Both the position numbers and the translations under genes were made by a program. Source: a virus. From it: a stretch of 64,000 nt of DNA. The stretch is taken from positions 1 to 64,000 of IMG/VR virus record IMGVR_UViG_3300002052_000002, one strand, 5' to 3'. Of this stretch, positions 56,656-64,000 are shown piece after piece (positions within the stretch are counted from its first letter, which is position 1; every line of letters begins with the position of its first letter). Below the pieces are notes generated by a model, which saw only the letters and a list, made by a program, of their open reading frames with translations, did not search any database and was not told the DNA's origin.

Positions 56656-57378
56656 TTGAATTTTAGTACTCTAAAAGAACGAGTTACGGAGTATCTTGAA
56701 GATCGTACAGATACTGATTTTCAGATTAAAGTTGGTAACTGGATTAATGATACTCGGAAGGACTTGGCCCTAGAGTATGAATTTGATTACCTGTATGTGG
56801 AGGCAACCTATTCCACGAGCGCGGGCTCGGCGGAGTACGCGTTGCCTTCTAGTTTTATAGGTCTAGAAGACGTATGGGTAGGGACCAAGAAATTAGAGAG
56901 ATTATATCTTCCTGAGAGAGATGTGCTTTCTCCAACTGATGTTGATAGCCCTTCTGGAGAGACTTTCTTACTACCAATAGAACAGGGATTAAGTGGAGAC
57001 AGCAACCAGTCGATTCCAGATTATTATATAATTAGAGGCTTTGCACTTGAGCTATGGCCCGTCCCTGATGCTGCATATACTCTGAAGATTAAGTATTATG
57101 CACAGCCTACAGATTTTACTTTAGATGCAGACTACGATCATATTTCAAATTTCCATTTTGATGCCGTGATTTGGGGAGCTGCATTGCGTGGAGCCATATA
57201 CTTAGATGATAATGATAAGATTCAAAAATACGAAGGGTATTATCAGAAGGCCATAGAGAAGATGATAATGAAAGAGAAAAAGAGAGTGGCTAAAGATCAG
57301 CGCCCAAGAATGAAGACTTTCAAAGATTTCTATCTGCCTACATTTAAACGTATGACGAAGATGATACCAATAGAATAA
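56656..57378 (+). CDS. Head-tail adaptor / tail tubular protein A-like
   Basis: MNFSTLK..V...L..WIND; Y.LPSSF; PDYY...LELWPVPD..Y.LKI.YY. Confidence 0.85.
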   Translation: MNFSTLKERVTEYLEDRTDTDFQIKVGNWINDTRKDLALEYEFDYLYVEATYSTSAGSAEYALPSSFIGLEDVWVGTKKLERLYLPERDVLSPTDVDSPSGETFLLPIEQGLSGDSNQSIPDYYIIRGFALELWPVPDAAYTLKIKYYAQPTDFTLDADYDHISNFHFDAVIWGAALRGAIYLDDNDKIQKYEGYYQKAIEKMIMKEKKRVAKDQRPRMKTFKDFYLPTFKRMTKMIPIE

Positions 57379-57388
57379 GGGATCTGTA

Positions 57389-58513
57389 ATGGGATTTAAA
57401 GAAGATTTTGAAAACCTTAAACAGGAAATTTCAGGATTACAAGAAAAAGTAGAGAAATTTCGTAAGCTATCTTATACATATGCTAACATGGATAGCATAC
57501 AAGAATTATATAATAAGATATTAGTCGCTCCGATAATAACTGATTTCTCTTACGCTAAACATTCGTCTATTCATGGTAGTGGTGGGATTGACCCATTAGA
57601 TCATGGTACTTTAGATGGGTTAACTGATGATGATCATCCACAATACTCATTAGTGGATGCAACTAGAGCCTTCACTGGAGCCTTAACTGGTACTAGCGGT
57701 TATTTCGCTACATCAGTTAGTGCTGATGCTTTTGATGGCGGAGTAATGGCTACGCGTGTGAATAGTGGATCAGATACGGCGCGTAGACCTAGATTCAACT
57801 TTATAGAAGGGGATTATATCTCCATTGTAGCTACAGACAATCCTGCTGGTGATGAGACTAATATAACTATTGGAGCAGATGCTCAAGGTTTTGATCCCAC
57901 AAGCTATGCAGAATTTTATGATGATTTCATGTCCATTAATGGTGTTGCATCCCCAGTTATCTCTGATAAACCTTGGATTTTTATAGGAGTATATGGATGG
58001 TCTGAAGACAATAATGGGGTTATACTTATTCGATCAGATGCAACAAATAGAGGACATTTTAGTCAATCTGATGGTAGTGGTACTTTCGCAAAAACTTGGA
58101 TATATTCTCTTAATCCAACTTTTATTTCTCGCATTGCTCAACTTGGAGCTAGTGCGAGCACTCGAAGACTAGGACTCGTTGATGCTACTCTAAATACGGC
58201 GGCTGAACCAGATAATGGGATTTATTTCAGATTTACAGTAGATGGGAATTACATAGCTGTTTGCAGATCAGGTGGATCTGAAGATACTATTGATACAAAC
58301 GTAGCCGCTGCTGACGGAACTTTCAATATATTGAAATTCGTTGTATCTGGAGATGGAACATCGGTTGAATTTTTCGTAGATGGAGTTTCCAAAGGAAGCA
58401 TAACTAATTACATCCCAACAGTTATATTAGGAATTAGTTTTGGAAGTAATACCACAGGAACAGGTAGAGGAGTATATATAGATTTTGTTCATGTTAGACA
58501 GGATAGATCATGA
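57389..58513 (+). CDS. Tail fibre/appendage protein
   Basis: DHG.LDGL.DDDHPQY fibre motif; ConA-like C-terminal domain. Confidence 0.7.
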   Translation: MGFKEDFENLKQEISGLQEKVEKFRKLSYTYANMDSIQELYNKILVAPIITDFSYAKHSSIHGSGGIDPLDHGTLDGLTDDDHPQYSLVDATRAFTGALTGTSGYFATSVSADAFDGGVMATRVNSGSDTARRPRFNFIEGDYISIVATDNPAGDETNITIGADAQGFDPTSYAEFYDDFMSINGVASPVISDKPWIFIGVYGWSEDNNGVILIRSDATNRGHFSQSDGSGTFAKTWIYSLNPTFISRIAQLGASASTRRLGLVDATLNTAAEPDNGIYFRFTVDGNYIAVCRSGGSEDTIDTNVAAADGTFNILKFVVSGDGTSVEFFVDGVSKGSITNYIPTVILGISFGSNTTGTGRGVYIDFVHVRQDRS

Positions 58514-58634
58514 CAATCATTCCAACAAAACTGTGTTTGCTACGACGAGGAGAAATATGCACTAATTGTGGTGCCTGCGAGTCGTGGTGGAATGATACAT
58601 GGTGTGATGTTTCGTATAAGGAGAAAAAGAAATA

Positions 58635-59351
58635 ATGGCATGGTTAGCATACTGGCCAACAGAAAGCGTAGAAGTAAGTGGTAGTACAACCCAAATAAGA
58701 GCTAATTGGGCCGCGATGCAAGCATGGTGGGAAGTGGAACATGTTAGTATAGCCAGTGCTTCTTCAGGAGCAGGGCAACATTTAGCTGGGACTGTTGGAT
58801 TTGTAATTTGGGGAGACTTCTCTGCCCTTCCAAGTACCGCTGCAACGGGAGCCCTCGCTTATACTGATATTGGATTCTTTATATACACCCCCAACGATGC
58901 ATGGGACTCGATAACAGAGACTTATTGGTCCAGAATTAGACAAAGTAATTTAGATTATCTTAATACATCTTATAATGATTTAGTAATACCAGCAAGTACT
59001 TGGACTAAAATGGCGATGAGTGCAACTAGCTCTCATCTTATATATGATTCAATGTCCGAGTATTCAACAGCGGCCAATAGGTGGACAGCGAAAGAAGAAG
59101 GATTTTATATGGTTATAGGAAATATCGTATTTCCTGATGCGGAGACTAATTATCAAAAGGCCGCAGCTATTTCACAAAATGGTGCTGCAGTTGCGGTTGG
59201 AAGAAAATATGGATCTCCAGTAAAGTCGGTACTAGTAAAAGATGTCCTGTATATTGATACTGGAGATTATTTAGAATTATATGGATGGCATAATCATACA
59301 GCAGCAGTAACTGCTGATGCCGCTACATTAATGATACAAAGGGTGAGCTAA
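58635..59351 (+). CDS. Tail fibre paralog A with C1q/TNF-like C-terminal domain
   Basis: Shared N-terminus (EH......G.H..G); WTAKEEGFYMV...L.I.TGDYLELY. Confidence 0.7.
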   Translation: MAWLAYWPTESVEVSGSTTQIRANWAAMQAWWEVEHVSIASASSGAGQHLAGTVGFVIWGDFSALPSTAATGALAYTDIGFFIYTPNDAWDSITETYWSRIRQSNLDYLNTSYNDLVIPASTWTKMAMSATSSHLIYDSMSEYSTAANRWTAKEEGFYMVIGNIVFPDAETNYQKAAAISQNGAAVAVGRKYGSPVKSVLVKDVLYIDTGDYLELYGWHNHTAAVTADAATLMIQRVS

Positions 59352-61006
59352 TGGCGTACGCAGAATGGAATACCTCCGTTCCTACAACTGGGACTAAAAT
59401 AGTTAATATACCTAGTGTTCATTCGAAAAACTGGTACGCTTTCCAATATACTTTAGAAGAGGAACACTATGGATTTAGTAGTCCACTTTCTGGAAGACAT
59501 ATGCTTGGAAGGACTACTATGGTTAGTGCCGCTCCTTCGGCAACCATTTTAGGAATAGCTGCCCCATTTACAGGAGCAATGGGTTGGGATACTGATTCTG
59601 GACAGGGTTGGCTCTATGATGGGGATGCCTGGGTTGTCTGGTCAGAATTGCCAAATAGTAGAGTATTTGCATATATAGGAACAAATCAAACAATACCTGA
59701 AACTTTAGATAATTGTGATTCTATAACAGGCTGGCAAACCACTAATACATGCGCGTGCACTATCTCTTCAGATACTTCTCAAAAATGGGAGGGATCTGCA
59801 TCTATAAAAGTAATACTTGCACCAGCAGAAACAAGTGAGTTTATGGCCTTCGAAACATATACTACTTGTGCAGTAGCGGGTCAGGCATATCCAACATGGT
59901 TTGCTCAACAGTTTGAGACCCCTGAAGCTGCCGAAGTGAACTTTAATAAAGCTTCAATATATATAGCACGCAATACCTTTACGGAAATTCCTATGGCATT
60001 TTATTATATTTATACTGATAATGGCGCCACAGGTGGGGATGCCGGACCTGAAACCATGATAGCTTCCGGTACTAAAACTATGTCTTGGTCCTCCTCATAT
60101 ACATATGAATGGAAGGAATGCACTTTTACTACAGTTTCTACTGGATCAAGTGGTACTAAATATTGGTTAGTAATAAATGACCCGAATCTCGTACTGGAAG
60201 AGCATTATATAGCAATAGATGGAGATGAAGGATATACAGATGGTATATATAAGTTGGGGACTACATTTGCAAACATGGCCACTGCGGCAGCAGATATGGC
60301 GTTTAGAATAGAGGCCTCTACTGGTAGAGATGATTTTTATGTCTATAAAGATTTAGTTCCTTATAAAGATTTTACAGGACTAGGTAATTATAATTCCTAT
60401 GTAAAATCGGATACTAATACTGGTTCCTCAGTAATAGCACATGCTTTTGGGAAATACTCAATAGATGAAAATACTCGTAGCTTAACAATAACTCAAACTG
60501 CTAATTGGGAAGAATTTCGATCAACTATTGGAGAGATCCCTTATTACTCTATAGCTCATATAGGATATCATATTACTGCCACTAATTCTGGGAATATATG
60601 GTTCGACTTTATTACTGTTGGGGATTTCAGTGGTAGCAAAGCTACAGTTGAATTTGATACGGAGAGTTTAGATTCTTTGGGAGAATGGGACGCCTCAACA
60701 TATACTTTTACCGCATGTGCAGATGGATACTATGAGTTATTGTCCTCCTTAACCCTAAGTGGATATGGCGGAACTGAAGTATCAACTTACTTTGTGGTAT
60801 CTAATATTGGGAGCGAGCCAGTTACAGCTGGAAAAAGCGAAATGATAGCGTTATCTGATGATTCTTTTACAATAACATCGAACACTATAGCGAAAGTAGT
60901 AAGTGGTGGAACAGTTAATTTACAAATAGCTCAAGATTGTCCAATAATCTTTACGATACTTAGTGGAGAGGACAAATCATTTTTGAAAATTCATAAACTT
61001 TCTTAG
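59351..61006 (+). CDS. Tail fibre paralog B with inserted domains
   Basis: Same N-terminus; FDTESLD..GEWD..TYTFTA..DGYY. Confidence 0.7.
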   Translation: MAYAEWNTSVPTTGTKIVNIPSVHSKNWYAFQYTLEEEHYGFSSPLSGRHMLGRTTMVSAAPSATILGIAAPFTGAMGWDTDSGQGWLYDGDAWVVWSELPNSRVFAYIGTNQTIPETLDNCDSITGWQTTNTCACTISSDTSQKWEGSASIKVILAPAETSEFMAFETYTTCAVAGQAYPTWFAQQFETPEAAEVNFNKASIYIARNTFTEIPMAFYYIYTDNGATGGDAGPETMIASGTKTMSWSSSYTYEWKECTFTTVSTGSSGTKYWLVINDPNLVLEEHYIAIDGDEGYTDGIYKLGTTFANMATAAADMAFRIEASTGRDDFYVYKDLVPYKDFTGLGNYNSYVKSDTNTGSSVIAHAFGKYSIDENTRSLTITQTANWEEFRSTIGEIPYYSIAHIGYHITATNSGNIWFDFITVGDFSGSKATVEFDTESLDSLGEWDASTYTFTACADGYYELLSSLTLSGYGGTEVSTYFVVSNIGSEPVTAGKSEMIALSDDSFTITSNTIAKVVSGGTVNLQIAQDCPIIFTILSGEDKSFLKIHKLS

Positions 61007-61013
61007 GAGATAT

Positions 61014-62762
61014 ATGTCGACGTGGAGACCAACTAGACCAAATTCATCTGATGATATCGCTGATATCCCTAGTTTGACTCAGGATAATTTTAGTGCTATA
61101 GAGGCCGTATTAGGAGTAGAACATTATACTATTACCCATGCTCTTAGTGGTCTACATAAAGGTGGAATAGCAGGAGGAATGTTTGTAGGTACTACCGCTC
61201 AAATCGCGGCTTTATCAAATCCTCCTACTGGAGCGATGGCACAAGATACAGATCTTGGTGTTGTAGTAGAGTATAGAGGGGGTGCCCTTGGTTGGGATAA
61301 GATCGGGCAAAGTGAATGGTCTAGATCGGCTGCCTATCCAACTACCGCAGTCGCCGTTACCGCAGATGAGCCTCCTTATACTATAATATGGGATACAGAG
61401 ATATATAATACTCTTAGTGAAATGAATACAGCAGATGGAGTTTTTACAGCGAAAGCTAGTGCTGGGTCCTATACTATTGTTGTATCACTAGGATTGGTAG
61501 CCTCTGGTACTCAAGTGGTAGAGGGGTACGCACTTCCTGTAGGAGATTACGCGGTTACTTGGAGTAGGGTGACTACTGGAGCAACCTACAATTATGAAAC
61601 AGTAGATGATTACCCAGGAGCGGATGACGCAGATTATAATGCTGCATGGACAGAGGGACGAGAGGACGAATTCTATGTGGGAAGTTTAGAAGATTCTTGG
61701 ACTACTGGAGAAGATAGTTATTATAGCCTTAAATTAAATGCCGCTAATCATGCTGGTGCTCAGGGATTTATGCTTAGTGCTAATTCTGTAATTAATCATG
61801 TAGAGTTATCTTTAGATAAGCAGAGTCCTGGAGCTGCACAAAATACTAAGGTAGTCTGGGCAGAAATATGGTATGGAGATCCTAGTACTGACGTCCCATC
61901 GGGGGATTCAACTAATTATATTGCTAGAAGTAGCAGTGCTACATTTCAAACTATCCCTACTGCTGGTCCAACTTGGATTAACTTCTATTTTAATCCTCCT
62001 GTAATTCTATCTGCTGATACAGAATATCATATAGTAGCACAAGCAGATTATGGTAGTTCTCTTACTGAATATATAAGATGGGCGAAGGATACTAGTATAG
62101 CGGAATCTGGGAATGGCGGTGGATCAATAGCTAATGATAGTTGGGTATGGACATGTGAAGCAGATGATACGAATACATTATTTAAAATCTATACGCAACC
62201 TTATATACCTGCCGGGTCTACAGGGATTAAAGTTATGACTCATTATAGGGCACGTGCTCAAGGAACCACGGAAGCGACTATAGATTCCTTTATAGTTACA
62301 CCGAATGGCAAAAGTTATGGAATAACTGAGGAACTAACAACTGGACCATTTGTAGATTATGAATGGGAATGGGATTATGATCCGGAAACAAATGAATTAT
62401 GGACTCCCTCAGGAGCTATGCAAATATTAAGATATGGGTATGATTTATGTAATGAATCCCCAACAAGTGCTTCTTCCGCAAATATTTCCCAGATGTATTT
62501 AGAATGGACATGGAATCCTCCCAGACCAATAGTTACTATAGGACTATATAAAGATGATGTACTATTTGAAGCCTCGAAAACTCCCCTTTTTGAAGCTGGG
62601 GAAGCTTCTTACCAGACTGCACAGTTATTCTCTACAGCTAGATTAACGGCTGGACAGGATTTACGAGTAAAAGTGGATAAGACATTAGTGGATGATGAGA
62701 TAGTCGTAGATTCTAAATATACATGGATTTCAATTCATAGAGTTAGTGGAGCGGTATTATAA
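61014..62762 (+). CDS. Tail fibre paralog C with inserted domains
   Basis: Same N-terminus; WDTEIYNTL.E.NT..GVFTA; C-terminal L.AGQ.LRV...ISIHRVS. Confidence 0.7.
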   Translation: MSTWRPTRPNSSDDIADIPSLTQDNFSAIEAVLGVEHYTITHALSGLHKGGIAGGMFVGTTAQIAALSNPPTGAMAQDTDLGVVVEYRGGALGWDKIGQSEWSRSAAYPTTAVAVTADEPPYTIIWDTEIYNTLSEMNTADGVFTAKASAGSYTIVVSLGLVASGTQVVEGYALPVGDYAVTWSRVTTGATYNYETVDDYPGADDADYNAAWTEGREDEFYVGSLEDSWTTGEDSYYSLKLNAANHAGAQGFMLSANSVINHVELSLDKQSPGAAQNTKVVWAEIWYGDPSTDVPSGDSTNYIARSSSATFQTIPTAGPTWINFYFNPPVILSADTEYHIVAQADYGSSLTEYIRWAKDTSIAESGNGGGSIANDSWVWTCEADDTNTLFKIYTQPYIPAGSTGIKVMTHYRARAQGTTEATIDSFIVTPNGKSYGITEELTTGPFVDYEWEWDYDPETNELWTPSGAMQILRYGYDLCNESPTSASSANISQMYLEWTWNPPRPIVTIGLYKDDVLFEASKTPLFEAGEASYQTAQLFSTARLTAGQDLRVKVDKTLVDDEIVVDSKYTWISIHRVSGAVL

Positions 62763-64000
62763 TGCCTTATGAAAAGTACGTTATAGAGAAATTTCAAGTT
62801 GGACTGATAGATGAGAATGAATTATCTAAATTGAGTCATCCTCCTGGAGCATCTATAGATTGTCAAAATGTTATTTGGATGCCTAGTGGGGCGCTGACTA
62901 AGCGAAAAGGCCTTAGAAAGCTAAATGCTGTGGGCCCATTAGTAGACTCTGCTATAGTCCATATGCAGCAGATGAAGGACAAAAATGGGTCTGATTATGT
63001 TGTAGCCTTTTCCTGTGCTTCAGGGAGTACCTCCGCTAGTATTGGTAGATTTGATGATTCTAGTGGGATTGGAACGTTCCATCCTATATATGTGGATGGA
63101 TGGCTAGTAGGAGATGGGCATCCAGTTTCAACTACAACTTTCATGGGATCTGGAGCTTGGACTTCTTGGAGTAATGTAGGTCCAATATATGGATGGGATG
63201 CCGCTGCAGCAACCCCATCAGCAGCTGTCCCAATAACAGATACTCCTAGTGGAGCAAAAGTTGTAGTTGCTTTTGGTAATTTCTTATTTCTTTGTAATAT
63301 GTTGGGGGATACTGGTGCGGAAGCTGGCGTGCAGCAAAGATCCAGAATTAGATGGTCTGCTGCTAGAGATTGGACAGATTGGCCTGTCACATATTATATG
63401 GATTTGGACACGGATGATGGAGACGAGATAAAAGCAGCCACTATGTTCCGTAACTCCCTAATAATATTCAAGGAATTTAAGATGTACGCTATACGTTGGG
63501 TTGGTGGCACGGAGTTATTTAGGGCAGAGCGTATAGATGATAGTGTAGGGTGTGTCGGCCCAAATGCATGGGTAGAGTCTGGCGGAGATTTATACTTCCT
63601 AGGCTGCCAGGTGCCTTATAAGTACACAGGACAAGGAGTACCAGAAAGTATAGGCGACGCGGTACAGAGTACATTTGATGAGATGGATCTTACTATTAGT
63701 CAAATGAATGATGTAGATAGTGATGAAGAATTCTATGAAGTTATGTTTAACATGGCTACAAGTGATTCTGAAGCTGCCAGGAAAGATACACAACTTGTAT
63801 ATGATACACGATTTGGTAGTTGGACTAGATTTGATATGACAGCCTCTTGTATACGTGGGATAGATTATGGCACTAATGCTATGTATATTACTTTAACACA
63901 GCCATATTCCGCGTATGCTGGTACACAAATTAGAGATTGGGCAGGGGCTAAAGAAGGAATGTTGGCAGTAGGCTCATACTCTGGAGATATCAGAGAGTAT
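62762..64000 (+). CDS. Tail nozzle / tail tubular protein B-like (P22 gp10-like), truncated by the window end
   Basis: ATG overlaps the previous stop; MPYEKY.IEKFQVGL...DCQNV.W.PSGALTKRKG...RIRWS; absent from the ORF track, consistent with no stop before the end. Confidence 0.8.
   Translation, partial: MPYEKYVIEKFQVGLIDENELSKLSHPPGASIDCQNVIWMPSGALTKRKGLRKLNAVGPLVDSAIVHMQQMKDKNGSDYVVAFSCASGSTSASIGRFDDSSGIGTFHPIYVDGWLVGDGHPVSTTTFMGSGAWTSWSNVGPIYGWDAAAATPSAAVPITDTPSGAKVVVAFGNFLFLCNMLGDTGAEAGVQQRSRIRWSAARDWTDWPVTYYMDLDTDDGDEIKAATMFRNSLIIFKEFKMYAIRWVGGTELFRAERIDDSVGCVGPNAWVESGGDLYFLGCQVPYKYTGQGVPESIGDAVQSTFDEMDLTISQMNDVDSDEEFYEVMFNMATSDSEAARKDTQLVYDTRFGSWTRFDMTASCIRGIDYGTNAMYITLTQPYSAYAGTQIRDWAGAKEGMLAVGSYSGDIREY

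Noticed and set aside
1-64000. Alternative genetic code, diversity-generating retroelement or integrase
   Set aside because: Conserved genes are full length in the standard code; no reverse transcriptase, template/variable repeat pair or recombinase was recognised in this window.

Overview
This window is part of a tailed dsDNA phage genome (podovirus-type virion module, roughly 37-40% GC by eye) with two divergent arms that switch at about 35.7-36.3 kb. The left arm (minus strand) is dense with small, often Cys-rich ORFs. It also carries a ParB-like protein, an SNF2 helicase, a phiEco32-type peptide-ligase cluster (class II glutamine amidotransferase, two COOH-NH2 ligases, ATP-grasp ligase, gamma-glutamylcyclotransferase, GNAT), an Rnl2-type RNA ligase, a DUF2828 (Ro/TROVE-like, vWA) protein and a PagL-like outer-membrane enzyme. 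The right arm (plus strand) carries an M14 peptidase, terminase subunits, portal, scaffold, major capsid, adaptor and tail genes, and is truncated at the window end. The most unusual signals lie outside the ORF track. (1) Eight dispersed, covarying RNA hairpins share a U(U/A)C(A/C)GCA(A) motif; several have anticodon-loop-like inserts. (2) A type II hammerhead ribozyme carries one of these hairpins inside its stem III. (3) A ~1 kb ORF-free, highly base-paired minus-strand region ends in a terminator. (4) About 10-13 mostly unrelated small proteins around the peptide-ligase cluster share an N-terminal MKIL-type peptide encoded by different synonymous codons. My main hypothesis (inference) is a phage Ro/Y-RNA-like RNA decoy/repair system. 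All calls come from motif recognition and manual pairing; no searches were run.
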